Counted from the stretch's first letter, positions 9,354-18,962 are shown. The stretch is DNA of 32,000 nucleotides from Geotalea uraniireducens Rf4 (GCF_000016745.1 NC_009483.1:1200001-1232000), one strand, 5' to 3'. The notes: generated by a model from the sequence alone, not told the origin. Numbers and translations are program-made.

Positions 9354-9440
9354 TTCCCCCCTCTCCCTAACCCTCTCCCACCAGGGGAGAGGGGATTACA
9401 AGCGCCCCTCCCTTCGATGGGAGGGGGTGGGGGAGGGTGC
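9354..9440. repeat. GC-rich REP-like element with two stem-loops
   Basis: Hairpin 1: CCCTCTCCC (9371-9379) pairs with GGGAGAGGG (9385-9393). Hairpin 2: CCCCTCCC (9405-9412) pairs with GGGAGGGG (9419-9426). A direct copy of CCCTCTCCC sits at 9359-9367. This resembles the poly-C/poly-G palindromic units that give spurious 'PLSPGGRGLGRGG' ORFs in many genomes. Confidence 0.5.
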
Positions 9441-9517
9441 ATGGCAGTGTTTTCATGCCCAAATGATAAATGCAATTTTCTAACCGGACGATGCTGGATA
9501 TAAGTAGGACCAGAAAT

Positions 9518-9555
9518 AAAAAAACCCGCTAATCTCGTAAAGGGATTAGCGGGTT
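9518..9555 (-). terminator. Rho-independent terminator of the hpnH-end of the hopanoid operon
   Basis: Stem CCCGCTAATC (9525-9534) / GATTAGCGGG (9544-9553) with a 9-nt loop. On the minus strand it is followed by a T7 run. It lies 70 nt after the hpnH stop. Confidence 0.8.
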
Positions 9556-9624
9556 CCAGATAATAACTAGTTAATATTGTAACGGTTTACATGTATCTCA
9601 AAAGCCTTCAAAAAGCATAAAAAA

Positions 9625-10623
9625 CTAGGTCAGGTTCCAGACGATCATCTCCCAGATATCCTTCCAGCTCTTGCCGATCTCGGAGACTACCGTCGGTTCG
9701 AAGCCGCAGTGCATCATACACTGGGCGCAGCGAGGATCTTTGTCCACGCCGTACTTATCCCACTCGGTCTTTTCCATCATCTCCCTGAACGAAGGATAGT
9801 GAGCGTCGGTGATTAGATAGCAGGGCGCCTTCCAGCCGCGCGGGTTTCGGGTCGGGTTGCCCCACGGGGTGCATTCCAGCTTCTTGTCTCCCTTGAGGAA
9901 CCTCAGGTACATGGGGGTGGAATAGAAGCAAAAGCGCTTGCTCATTTCAAAGACCTGCTCGAATTTCTTCTCGATCTCCCTGCGCTCCAGGAAAAGCTTT
10001 TCGCCGACCGCCTCGTAGCCGAAGCCCGGGGCCACCAGGAGGCCGTCCACGCCGATTTCCTGCAGGCGGGAAAAGAGCATCTCGATTTCCACCAGGTCGG
10101 TTTCCTTGAAGATGGTGGTGTTGGTGCAGACGCGGAAGCCGAGCTTCTTCGCCTTCTTGATCGCCTCGATCGCGGTCTTGAAGGTTCCCTTCCGCTCCAG
10201 TATCCGGTCATGGGTTTCCTCCATGCCGTCCATGTGGATATTGAGGGTGAAGTTGGGATGGGGGCGCATGTTGTCGAGCGCCTTTTCCAGGAGCAGGGCA
10301 TTGGTGCAGAGATAGATGTGTTTACCGCGCTCCAGTACTGCTTCGATGAGCTCGAAGATATGCGGGTAGAGGAACGGTTCGCCGCCGGTGATGGTGACTA
10401 CCGGAGCCGGGCATTCATCCACCGATGCCAGGCACTCTTCCAGCGACATCATATCCTGGATGGTGTCGGCGTATTCACGGATACGGCCGCAGCCGGAACA
10501 GGCCAGGTTGCAGAGGTGGGTCGGTTCCAGCATCAGTACCAGCGGGTACTTGTCGACTTTATTCATCTTGTTGGAAATGATGTATTTGGTGAGATCGTAG
10601 TTTAAACGCAATGGAAAACGCAT
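9625..10623 (-). CDS. hpnH: Radical SAM adenosylhopane synthase HpnH
   Basis: CNLACSGC (Cx3Cx2C) near the N-terminus. About 330 aa. N-terminus MRFPLRLNYDLTKYI...KYPLVLMLEPTHLCNL is typical of HpnH. Sits in a cluster with shc and hpnA. Confidence 0.9.
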   Translation of the reverse strand: MRFPLRLNYDLTKYIISNKMNKVDKYPLVLMLEPTHLCNLACSGCGRIREYADTIQDMMSLEECLASVDECPAPVVTITGGEPFLYPHIFELIEAVLERGKHIYLCTNALLLEKALDNMRPHPNFTLNIHMDGMEETHDRILERKGTFKTAIEAIKKAKKLGFRVCTNTTIFKETDLVEIEMLFSRLQEIGVDGLLVAPGFGYEAVGEKLFLERREIEKKFEQVFEMSKRFCFYSTPMYLRFLKGDKKLECTPWGNPTRNPRGWKAPCYLITDAHYPSFREMMEKTEWDKYGVDKDPRCAQCMMHCGFEPTVVSEIGKSWKDIWEMIVWNLT

Positions 10624-10706
10624 GAAAAACCTGTTCCTTTCAATCTGTCAATTAATTGGGTCGGGGCGACCTTTTGCGGTGCCCCACGAATTATTTTGCC
10701 CGCACT

Positions 10707-10871
10707 AGGAGTCTGTCGGACTTAGGGAATCGTAGCGAGAGAATGGCAAATCGAGGACAGATTTTCGGAAATTTGAGAGCGAATAGTGGACCTATTTGTC
10801 GAAAATTTCCGGAAATATGGACCGATTTTCCGTTCTCGCAGTAGATTCATTCCTAAGTCCGACAGGCTCCT
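10707..10871. repeat. About 165-bp element bounded by ~23-bp imperfect inverted repeats (MITE-like or long hairpin)
   Basis: Left arm AGGAGTCTGTCGGACTTAGGGAAT (10707-10730). The right arm at 10849-10871 reads, as reverse complement, AGGAGCCTGTCGGACTTAGG-AAT. The interior is also partly self-complementary. The right arm covers the dxs stop codon. Confidence 0.45.
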
Positions 10872-12766
10872 GGGCCGGTACGGGATGAATCGTTCTTTCC
10901 GAGAAACTCCGCGGCGGTTTGTGCGATCCCCGCGGCATCCAGCCGCAGGTCCTGTCTGAGCTGCGCCTGGCTCCCCTGCTCAATGTATCGGTCGGGAACG
11001 CCGATCCGTTTGACCCTGATGCCGGCAGCTTCATCTGCCAGAAGTTCCAGCACGGCACTGCCGAAGCCTCCCTGCATGGCATTTTCTTCGACGGTGATGA
11101 TGCATCCGGTGCGGCCGGCCGCAGCAAGGATCAGGTTGCGGTCGAGCGGCTTGACGAAGCGGGCATTGATGACCGTTGCCCGTATCCCCTTTTCTTTCAG
11201 GAGTTCGGCTGCCTCCATGGCCGGATAGACGGTGCTGCCGATGGCAACGAGGGTCAGGTCACCCCCTTCTGCCAGCTGTTCGCCAACGCCGATGGGGATT
11301 GCTTGCAGTGACTCGTCCATGGCGACGCCGTAGCCTGCGCCGCGTGGATAGCGGAGGGCAATCGGACGATCTGAGTAAATTGCGGTTTTCAGCATGTGCT
11401 GCAATTCGTTTTCATCCTTCGGCGCCATGACGGTCATCTCCGGCAGATGGCGCAGGTAGGAGAGGTCGAACACGCCGTGGTGGGTCGGGCCGTCGTCGCC
11501 GACCAGGCCGGCGCGGTCAAGGGCCAGTGTTACCGGCAATTTTTGCAGGCAGATGTCGTGGAATACCTGGTCGTAGGCGCGCTGGACAAAGGTGGAATAA
11601 ATGGCGGCCACCGGCCGGAATCCTTCGGTGGCCATTCCGGCGGCAAAGGTGAGGGCGTGCTGTTCGGCAATGCCCACATCGAAAAAACGGTCGGGATAAG
11701 CCTTGGCAAACGGTGTCAGGCCTGTGCCGTCGGGCATGGCTGCGGTGATGGCGATGATCTTCTTGTCCTCTGCGGCCAGTTTGACCATGGTTTCGCCGAA
11801 GATGCCGGTATAGGATTGAGCGCCGGGCTTGCCCGCGATCACCTTGCCCGTTTTCACATCAAAGGGGCCGACGCCGTGGAACTTGTCGGGGGTTTTCTCT
11901 GCCGGCTGGTAGCCTTTTCCCTTGGTGGTCATGACATGTACGAGCACCGGACCTTCGAGAGCGCGGACGTTTTGCATGATTTCAATGAGTTGTGGCAGAT
12001 CATGCCCCTGTACCGGGCCGATATACTCGAAACCGAGCGCTTCGAACAGGGTGCCGGGGGTAAGGAAGCCCTTCAGGGAGTTTTCCGCTTTTCTGGCGAA
12101 ATGGAGGATGTTGCCGCCGATAGCGGGGATGTTCTTCAGCAGTCCCTGCATCTCTTTTTTCAGGCCGCGGTAATAGCTGCCGGTCAGTTTGCGGGAAATG
12201 AAGGTGGACAAGGCGCCGACGTTTTTCGAAATGGACATCTCATTATCGTTGAGGACGACGATCAGGTTCTTGTGCAGATGTCCGGCCTGGTTCAGGGCTT
12301 CGAAGGCGATGCCGCCCGTGAGCGAACCGTCGCCTATCACGGCGATGACCTTGCTCGCTTCTTCCTTCAGGCCATGGGCGACCGCCATTCCCAAGCCGGC
12401 GGAGATGGAGGTGGAGGAATGCCCTGCGCCGAATGCGTCGTGCATGGACTCGGAGCGCTTGGGAAAGCCGCTGATCCCATGGTACTGGCGCTGGGTGATG
12501 AATTTGTCGCGGCGCCCGGTGATGATCTTGTGGGTGTAGGCCTGGTGTCCCACGTCCCAGATGATGCTGTCGTCCGGTGAATTGAAGCAGTAATGGAGCG
12601 CCAGGGTCAGTTCAACGCAGCCGAGGTTCGAAGCGAGATGGCCGCCCGTCTTTGAAACCGTTTCCAGAAGAAATTCACGGATTTCATCGGCAAGGATGAG
12701 CAACTTGTCCTGCTTCAGCTTTTTCAGGTCGGCCGGGCTGTTTATTGTGTTGAGAAGTGTGTACAT
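10853..12766 (-). CDS. dxs: 1-deoxy-D-xylulose-5-phosphate synthase
   Basis: [17 protein letters not shown] start with AGGAG 7 nt upstream; the track's upstream ATG 12790 lacks an [17 protein letters not shown] and [15 protein letters not shown] thiamine-diphosphate motifs. Full-length similarity to Dxs. Confidence 0.95.
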   Translation of the reverse strand: MYTLLNTINSPADLKKLKQDKLLILADEIREFLLETVSKTGGHLASNLGCVELTLALHYCFNSPDDSIIWDVGHQAYTHKIITGRRDKFITQRQYHGISGFPKRSESMHDAFGAGHSSTSISAGLGMAVAHGLKEEASKVIAVIGDGSLTGGIAFEALNQAGHLHKNLIVVLNDNEMSISKNVGALSTFISRKLTGSYYRGLKKEMQGLLKNIPAIGGNILHFARKAENSLKGFLTPGTLFEALGFEYIGPVQGHDLPQLIEIMQNVRALEGPVLVHVMTTKGKGYQPAEKTPDKFHGVGPFDVKTGKVIAGKPGAQSYTGIFGETMVKLAAEDKKIIAITAAMPDGTGLTPFAKAYPDRFFDVGIAEQHALTFAAGMATEGFRPVAAIYSTFVQRAYDQVFHDICLQKLPVTLALDRAGLVGDDGPTHHGVFDLSYLRHLPEMTVMAPKDENELQHMLKTAIYSDRPIALRYPRGAGYGVAMDESLQAIPIGVGEQLAEGGDLTLVAIGSTVYPAMEAAELLKEKGIRATVINARFVKPLDRNLILAAAGRTGCIITVEENAMQGGFGSAVLELLADEAAGIRVKRIGVPDRYIEQGSQAQLRQDLRLDAAGIAQTAAEFLGKNDSSRTGPGACRT

Positions 12767-12780
12767 AAAAACTCCTGATA

Positions 12781-12900
12781 CCAATTCCAAATCAAGGCGC
12801 TATCTATCGTTGGCTCGTCTTCGGCTCCTCAACGTACTATCTGTACGCCTTCGTCGCCTCAATCCTCGCCGCCTTGATTTCATCCTTGATTTGAAATTGG
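12781..12900. repeat. Intergenic inverted repeat CCAATTCCAAATCAAGG / CCTTGATTTGAAATTGG (16 of 17 bp) flanking ~86 nt between hpnA and dxs
   Basis: Read directly. Internal direct repeats are CCTTGATTT x2 and CTCGTCTTCGGCTCCTCAA ~ CCTTCGTCGCCTCAA. Confidence 0.4.
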
Positions 12901-12913
12901 AATGACATGTTCT

Positions 12914-13900
12914 TCACCTGGCATAGCCCATGCTGCGAAACCACTCCACGGCCTTTGTCAGTGACTCGCTGACCGGCCGTTGCGGCAGCCCCAGTTCCCT
13001 GACCGATTTCGACGAGTTAAAAAACATGAACTTGCGGGCCATCTGTACGCCTGCCAGGGGGATGAGCGGCTCTTTACCCGTGCAGGCGGCGAGTGCCTCG
13101 TTCACATAGGCGGCGAGCAGGATGGGGTAATAGGGGAGTCGCACCTTTGGCGCCGGGAGGCCGGCAATCTTCTCCAGCATGGCAAATATCTGCTTAAGGG
13201 TAAGATTCTCGTTGCCGAGAATGTATTTTTCGCCAACCCGGCCCCGTTGTGCTGCCAGAATGTGGCCGCGGGCGCAATCTTCAACATCGATAATATTGAG
13301 TCCGGTGTCCAGGTAGGCGGGCATCTTGCGGTTCAGGAAGTCGACAATGATTTTGCCGGTGGGAGTCGGTTTAATGTCGAGTTTGCCCACCGGGGTGGAA
13401 GGATTGACAATGACCAGCGGCAACCCCTGTGGGATAAAACTTTCCGCTTCTCGTTCGGCGAGAAACTTGCTCTTTTTGTAGTGGCCGACCATGTCGGCAA
13501 GTGTGACCGGGGTCGCTTCGTTACCGGGGTCGCCGTTGCCGGGATTGCCCAGCGTGCCGACGCTGCTGGTATAGACCGCCTTGGAAACGCCGGCTTTCAG
13601 GGCGGCATCCAGGATGTTCCGGGTGCCTCCCACGTTGATGTCGTACATGACGGAAGGATTCCGGGTCCAGAGCCGGTAGTCGGCTGCCGCGTGGTAGAGG
13701 ACGTCGCATCCATTCAAACCCTTTACCAGTGATTGCCGGTCACAGAGGTCTCCTTCGCAGATTTCCACGTCGAGACCGTGCAGGTTCCTTCTGTCCGAAG
13801 CAGGCCTGGCCAGTACCTTGACAGCACAACCATCTTTTAACAGCTCTCTGACCAGGCTTGCGCCTATGAAACCGGTTGCCCCGGTGACAAAAACTTTCAT
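12914..13900 (-). CDS. hpnA: Hopanoid-associated NAD-dependent sugar epimerase/reductase HpnA
   Basis: MKVFVTGATGFIG Rossmann motif. YKKSK (YxxxK) catalytic motif. About 328 aa, immediately downstream of shc. Confidence 0.85.
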   Translation of the reverse strand: MKVFVTGATGFIGASLVRELLKDGCAVKVLARPASDRRNLHGLDVEICEGDLCDRQSLVKGLNGCDVLYHAAADYRLWTRNPSVMYDINVGGTRNILDAALKAGVSKAVYTSSVGTLGNPGNGDPGNEATPVTLADMVGHYKKSKFLAEREAESFIPQGLPLVIVNPSTPVGKLDIKPTPTGKIIVDFLNRKMPAYLDTGLNIIDVEDCARGHILAAQRGRVGEKYILGNENLTLKQIFAMLEKIAGLPAPKVRLPYYPILLAAYVNEALAACTGKEPLIPLAGVQMARKFMFFNSSKSVRELGLPQRPVSESLTKAVEWFRSMGYAR

Positions 13901-13910
13901 AAAAGGTTTT

Positions 13911-15950
13911 CTACGCCATTCCTCCGGTCAGCTTGCGGTAGGTGCCCAGTGCCGTGAGGGGGAAACAGTTGCGGTAGATATGGTACTTGATCATGAAAAA
14001 CTTGGGGAAGCCGGTGCCGGTGTACTGCTCTTCATCCCAGGTGCCGTCACTTTTCTGGTTTGCGATGAGGTACTGGATGCCTCGCGCCACCGTGGAAGAG
14101 TTCGCCTCTCCGGCCGACATCAATGACAGAAGCGCCCAGCCGGTCTGGGATGGGGTGCTTTCGCCGATGCCGGCCAGCGACGTGTCATGGTAAGACTCGC
14201 AGGTTTCACCCCAGCCGCCGTCCATGTTCTGTCGCGACTTGAGCCAGTTGACCGCCTTCCTGATATAGGGCTGGTTGAGGTCTTCGCCGATGGCGGCGAG
14301 TCCGCCCAGGACCGACCAGGTGCCGTAGATGTAGTTCACCCCCCAGCGTCCCCACCAGCTCCCTTCCGGCTCCTGGTTTTTTTTGATGAATTCCAGGGCG
14401 CGAACCGCCGCAGGATAATCCTTCGAATAACCGAAAGTTCCCATCAGTTCCAGCATTCTCCCGGTCAGGTCGGCGGTCGGGGGATCGATGAGCGCTTCCA
14501 GGTCGGCAAAAGGGATCTTGTTGAGCAGGTACTTGGTGTTGTCTTTGTCGAAAGCGCCCCAGCCGCCGTTTTTGCTTTGCATGCCGAGGCACCAGTTGAT
14601 GCCGCGCTTAATTGCGCCATCCATGGATTTACGGTCTTTTACCGCCACATCCTTGAGCGCCATCATGACAAAACCCGAGTCGTCCACGTCAGGATACCAG
14701 TCATTGAGGAATTCAAAGGCCCAGCCGCCCGATTCCAACTCGGGGCACTTGATCTTCCAGTCGCCCGGCTTGCGTACTTCCTTGTCCAGAAGCCACTGGG
14801 CGGCTTTTACCAGTGCCGGATGGTCGGTAGGGACGTCGGAATCCACGAGCGCCTTGAGAGCCAGCGCCGTATCCCAGATGGGAGAGATGCAGGATTGCAG
14901 CACGAGGCTGTCTTCTGTTTCGATGCAAAAATTTGCCAATGCTTCCAGACCCTTGGCCACTGCCGGATGGTCGTTGGCGTAGCCGAGGCAATGGAGGGCC
15001 AGCACCGAGTTGAGCATGGCAGGCTGTATGCCACCCCAGTCACCGGTCGACTCCTGGTGATCGAGGACCCAGTTTTCCGCCGTTGCCAGCGCCCTTTTCT
15101 TGAAGGGACGGATCGGGTTGCTCTCGTATACCTTGAGGATGTGATCGACGCCGATAAAGAAGTTCTTCCAGGTGATGATGCCGTCTTCCTTGGAGAAGGT
15201 GTAGTCGATGGGGCGCGGCGGCCTGACATACAGCTCCTGGACCCGGGAGCTCGGCGGCAGCTTGCGCACCGGCCTCTCGGTCATGACGATGGAGAGGGGA
15301 ATGATGGTGGCCCGTGACCAGCTGGAAAGCTCGTACATGTTGAAATAGGCCCAGTTGGGAAGCAGTATCAGCTCGATGGGCATGGACGGCACGCCGAACC
15401 AGGCAAATTCGCCGAACAGGGCGAGAAATATTTTAGTAAAGACCCTGCATTTTATGATGCCGCCATTATCCAATATAAAGGCGCGGGCCTTGGCCATGGC
15501 GGGGTGATCAGCCGGGTAGCCCGCCAGTTTCAGGGCAAAATAAGCCTCTACCGTGGTCGACAGGTCGCCGGGTCCGCCGAAATAAATGGTCCAGAATCCC
15601 TCGGCAGTCTGCTTGCTGAGAAGATAGGTGGCCATTTTCCGCTCACGCTCCTGGTCCACAATCCCCATGAAGTGGTAGAGCATGAGATATTCTGCGGTAA
15701 TAGTACAGTTGGATTCCAGCTCGGCCCACCAGTAGCCGTCGGGAAGCTGCTCGCGGAAGAAGAAGTCGCGGCTGTTCTCAATGGCGATGTCCAAAGGACT
15801 CTTTGACTCCCCCTCTTTCTTTTTCCAGATGGATGCGGGGAGGTGGTGTATCTTGGCGCCGGGCTTTACCGGCTGTTTTTTTGCGGCATCGGCGGTTTCG
15901 CCGTTAAAAGAAGTGAGTGCATGTGATATGGGGTGTTTGCAGCTATTCAT
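13911..15950 (-). CDS. shc: Squalene-hopene cyclase
   Basis: DVDDSG (DxDD) catalytic motif. Multiple QW repeats (QSKNGGWGAF, RQNMDGGWGE, QKSDGTWDEE). 679 aa. AAGGAG RBS. Confidence 0.95.
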   Translation of the reverse strand: MNSCKHPISHALTSFNGETADAAKKQPVKPGAKIHHLPASIWKKKEGESKSPLDIAIENSRDFFFREQLPDGYWWAELESNCTITAEYLMLYHFMGIVDQERERKMATYLLSKQTAEGFWTIYFGGPGDLSTTVEAYFALKLAGYPADHPAMAKARAFILDNGGIIKCRVFTKIFLALFGEFAWFGVPSMPIELILLPNWAYFNMYELSSWSRATIIPLSIVMTERPVRKLPPSSRVQELYVRPPRPIDYTFSKEDGIITWKNFFIGVDHILKVYESNPIRPFKKRALATAENWVLDHQESTGDWGGIQPAMLNSVLALHCLGYANDHPAVAKGLEALANFCIETEDSLVLQSCISPIWDTALALKALVDSDVPTDHPALVKAAQWLLDKEVRKPGDWKIKCPELESGGWAFEFLNDWYPDVDDSGFVMMALKDVAVKDRKSMDGAIKRGINWCLGMQSKNGGWGAFDKDNTKYLLNKIPFADLEALIDPPTADLTGRMLELMGTFGYSKDYPAAVRALEFIKKNQEPEGSWWGRWGVNYIYGTWSVLGGLAAIGEDLNQPYIRKAVNWLKSRQNMDGGWGETCESYHDTSLAGIGESTPSQTGWALLSLMSAGEANSSTVARGIQYLIANQKSDGTWDEEQYTGTGFPKFFMIKYHIYRNCFPLTALGTYRKLTGGMA

Positions 15951-15982
15951 TACACCATGCTCCTTGTCGAATCATTAAATTA

Positions 15983-16004
15983 TATGTAAACAATATGTAA
16001 ACAA
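15983..16004. promoter_or_regulatory. Tandem 11-bp direct repeat TATGTAAACAA x2 in the divergent shc/hpnN intergenic region
   Basis: Read directly. Candidate regulator binding site; function unknown. Confidence 0.3.
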
Positions 16005-16199
16005 CCTGGACAACATGCTCCAGATACAAGTTGGCACAAATAGCATATTTTTGTGAAAAGGTATACCATTTTTCATGGATTTGTCAGGTTTTCCTTGTAA
16101 AAACAGAAACTTTGCAGCAGTTTTGAGGCAGCGGTTGATTTTCACCGCGAGGCTGTGTTACAAATCATTTTAATCTTCTATTCTTCCCCAAGGGGTATC

Positions 16200-18962
16200 A
16201 TGAAAAACGAAACAAAAAAATTCAAAGGACTGTTCGGTTTTGTCGCCGGATATCCGCGCGTCATCCTGGCGGCAGCCTTGCTGCTTTCCCTGCTGTCCGT
16301 AGTTTATACTGCAAAAAAGATGGAGTTTCTGACCGGCCGTGACGACCTGATGCCTAAAAATACAGGATTCCACCGGGACTACCGCTCCATGCGCCAGGAA
16401 TTCGGCGACATGGAGGATATTGTCGTCGTCATCGAAAGCGCCGATCAGGAACGGGCAGCCCGCTTCGGCACGCAACTCTATGAAAAACTGGCTCAGGACC
16501 GGCAACACTTCCGCGATGTTTTTTATCCGTTCGGGCTGGACTTCTTCAAAAAGAACGGCCTGCTCTTCATGCCGCTGGCAGATGTTCAGTCCTTGCGGCA
16601 AAACCTTACCCTGGCCAAGCCGGTGCTCAAGGAGCTGTCCGCTTCGCCGTCGGTACAGACCCTCTTTACCTATCTGACCAACCAGATGGACGGTTACGTT
16701 CAGCAAGGGGGTGGTGCGCCAGGGGCTGAAGCACGCCTTGCCGGACTCACCTTTATGCTGGACAAACTGGGGCTCGGTTTCAAAAAGTTCGGCGACAACA
16801 GCGCTGCTCCGGTTTCACTGGAAGAATTCTTTTTCCGGAACAAGGACGGCAAGGAATCGAGTTTCAGCAAAGCGGGTAAAATGCAGGTCCTGACCGTGTT
16901 GCCGGTAAAGGACCGCACGAGTTTTGTCCCGGCAGAAGAGGCGATCAAGGTGGTCCGGCTGGAGTTGGCTGCACTGCTGAAGCTGCCGGAATTCAAGGGG
17001 GTCACGGCAGGGCTTACCGGCAACCCGGTTCTTGAGAACGAGGAAATGACGACGAGCCAGCACGATATTGCCATTGCCACGGTTATCTCCCTGGTCCTGA
17101 CGGTGATTCTGCTCCTCCTCGCCTTCCGCGGCGTGCTCAACGTCATTGCCGCCATGGTGTCCCTGGTGGTGGCCATCTGCCTTTCCTTCGGTTTTGCCAC
17201 CCTCGCAATCGGCCATCTCAACATCCTCTCCATGGTCTTCGCCATCATGCTGATCGGCATCGGCATAGAGTACGGCATTCAGCTGGTGCTCCGTTACCAG
17301 GAAGAGCTGACCGGGGGCGCGGAGCAGTTGGATGCCATCGAAACCGGCCTGACGAAGAATGCCTGGGCAATTGTCATGGCGGCGGCCACCGTCGCCGCCG
17401 CTTTTCTGACCTTCGTCTTTACCGACTTCAAGGGGATCGCCGAACTCGGCATCATTGCCGGAGGCGGGGTAGTCATCTGCGTGCTCGTCACCTTCACCGT
17501 GTTGCCCGCCATGCTGGTCATTCTTGCGAAGTACCGCAAGAACAGGATCGAGGCGCGAGGAACGAGGAACGAGGAAAAACAAACCTCGAACCTCGAACCT
17601 CGAACCTCGAACCTCGCATCTCGCACCTCGAACCTCGCACCTCGCACCTCGAACCTTGCAGAGCGCGCGAAACGCGCTCTGTTCGGTTACCCCAAGATGG
17701 TTGTCGCGGTGACTGCCATCCTGTGCGCTGCCTCCCTCTACCCGCTTTACCAGGTCATTTTCGACTACAACCTCATGAACCTTCAGGCCAAGGGGTTGGA
17801 GTCGGTAACCTACGCCTACAAGTTGATGCGCAGCTCGGAAAATTCCGGCTATTTCGCCGTTGTTACCGCGTCCACGGCCGCTGAGGCCGCTGCCAAGAGC
17901 AAGGCGCTGGAGGCGCTTCCAACCGTTGACCATGTGGTGAGCCTCAATTCCTTCGTTCCTGACGACCAGCAGCAGAAGATCGCCGAACTGGCGGTGCTGC
18001 GCCGGGAACTGGCGGATGTCAGGCCGGCTAAGTATGAGGAAGACCTCAGCCTCATGGAGCTTCCCACCGTCTTTGAGAATTTCCGCAATGCCACCGAGCG
18101 CCTGAAAAATAAACTTGTCCAGGAACGGCGGCCCGAGGCAAAGCCGGTTGGGGCGTTCCTTGCCACCCTCGATGCGTTCTTCGCCAAACTGGAAAAGGAG
18201 AAGGACCGCAACGCGGTGGGAATGCTGAAGGATTTCCAGGGGGGAATGTTTGCGGAGCTGCCGGAAAAAATCGGGTTCCTCAAGGCTACCCTCAATCCTG
18301 AACCGACGACAGCCGCCCAGATCCCCCAGGAGCTCAAGTCCCGCTTTGTCGGAAAAACCGGCCGCTATATGCTTCAGGTTGCGCCGAAGCACGAAATCTT
18401 CGACCTCAAGCCCCTCAAGGCCTTTATCGACGACGTCCGCCGGGTCGACGCCCATGCCACCGGGGAGCCGGTGATGGTCTACGAGTCCATGACCATCATG
18501 CGCAATGCCTATGTAAAGGCCTTTATCTATGCCTTCATCGCCATCATCGTCATCCTCCTCGTCACCTTCAGAAGTATCAAGTATGCTGTCATCGGCCTGG
18601 TGCCGCTGGTCGTCGGCGTACTGTTCATGGTCAGCGGCATGTGGCTGTTCGGCATCAACTTCAATTCCGCCAACATCATTGTCATGCCGCTCGTGTTGGG
18701 GATTGCCGTTGATTCGGGGATTTACATCATCAACCGCTTCCGCCGTGAAGACGGGAGCGCGGCGGCGGTGGTGATGAGCAGCACCGGAGCGGGTGTGGTC
18801 CTCAATACCCTTACCATCATGGCCAGTTTCGGGGCACTGATGGTGGCTCACCATCAGGGGGTCTTCAGCATCGGCGCAGTCATGTCCCTGGGGATGGTTG
18901 CCTGTCAGATTGCCTTTATTGTCACGCTGCCGGCTGTACTGGCCCTCGTGGGGAAAAAGTAA
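16200..18962 (+). CDS. hpnN: RND/MMPL-family hopanoid transporter HpnN
   Basis: Two blocks of hydrophobic TM helices separated by large soluble domains. MMPL-like GIGIEYGIQLVLRYQEE and LGIAVDSGIYIINRF. Divergent from shc. ATG 16200 (MKNETKKF...) has AAGGGG upstream; the track start at 16155 is a GTG. Confidence 0.85.
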   Translation: MKNETKKFKGLFGFVAGYPRVILAAALLLSLLSVVYTAKKMEFLTGRDDLMPKNTGFHRDYRSMRQEFGDMEDIVVVIESADQERAARFGTQLYEKLAQDRQHFRDVFYPFGLDFFKKNGLLFMPLADVQSLRQNLTLAKPVLKELSASPSVQTLFTYLTNQMDGYVQQGGGAPGAEARLAGLTFMLDKLGLGFKKFGDNSAAPVSLEEFFFRNKDGKESSFSKAGKMQVLTVLPVKDRTSFVPAEEAIKVVRLELAALLKLPEFKGVTAGLTGNPVLENEEMTTSQHDIAIATVISLVLTVILLLLAFRGVLNVIAAMVSLVVAICLSFGFATLAIGHLNILSMVFAIMLIGIGIEYGIQLVLRYQEELTGGAEQLDAIETGLTKNAWAIVMAAATVAAAFLTFVFTDFKGIAELGIIAGGGVVICVLVTFTVLPAMLVILAKYRKNRIEARGTRNEEKQTSNLEPRTSNLASRTSNLAPRTSNLAERAKRALFGYPKMVVAVTAILCAASLYPLYQVIFDYNLMNLQAKGLESVTYAYKLMRSSENSGYFAVVTASTAAEAAAKSKALEALPTVDHVVSLNSFVPDDQQQKIAELAVLRRELADVRPAKYEEDLSLMELPTVFENFRNATERLKNKLVQERRPEAKPVGAFLATLDAFFAKLEKEKDRNAVGMLKDFQGGMFAELPEKIGFLKATLNPEPTTAAQIPQELKSRFVGKTGRYMLQVAPKHEIFDLKPLKAFIDDVRRVDAHATGEPVMVYESMTIMRNAYVKAFIYAFIAIIVILLVTFRSIKYAVIGLVPLVVGVLFMVSGMWLFGINFNSANIIVMPLVLGIAVDSGIYIINRFRREDGSAAAVVMSSTGAGVVLNTLTIMASFGALMVAHHQGVFSIGAVMSLGMVACQIAFIVTLPAVLALVGKK
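17582..17658 (+). repeat. Heptanucleotide tandem repeat (A/C)A(C/T)CT(C/T)G x 11 inside hpnN
   Basis: AACCTCG x5, CATCTCG, CACCTCG, AACCTCG, CACCTCG x2, AACCTTG, counted base by base. Encodes TSNLEPRTSNLASRTSNLAPRTSNLAE. Confidence 0.9.

Noticed and set aside
9287-9475. 62-aa minus-strand ORF (PPPPPIEGRGACNPLSPGGRGLGRGG)
   Set aside because: It is a translation artefact of the GC-rich REP-like hairpins.
11396-12580. 394-aa plus-strand ORF opposite dxs, and likewise 14187-15317 opposite shc
   Set aside because: Dxs and Shc are unambiguous on the minus strand. The antisense products are G/D/A/H-rich with no motifs.
16032-16045. TGGCAC...GCA in the shc/hpnN spacer as a second sigma-54 promoter
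   Set aside because: Only 8 nt separate GG from GC instead of the required 10, so it does not fit the -24/-12 geometry.
17582-17658. Repeat array considered as a CRISPR or other spacer-repeat structure
   Set aside because: The units are contiguous 7-mers with no spacers, and the array is inside a coding sequence. It is a microsatellite.
16815-18854. 679-aa minus-strand ORF opposite hpnN
   Set aside because: The composition is H/G/D/R/E-rich and it reads through the heptamer repeat as VRGARCEVRG. hpnN on the plus strand has clear TM architecture and MMPL motifs.
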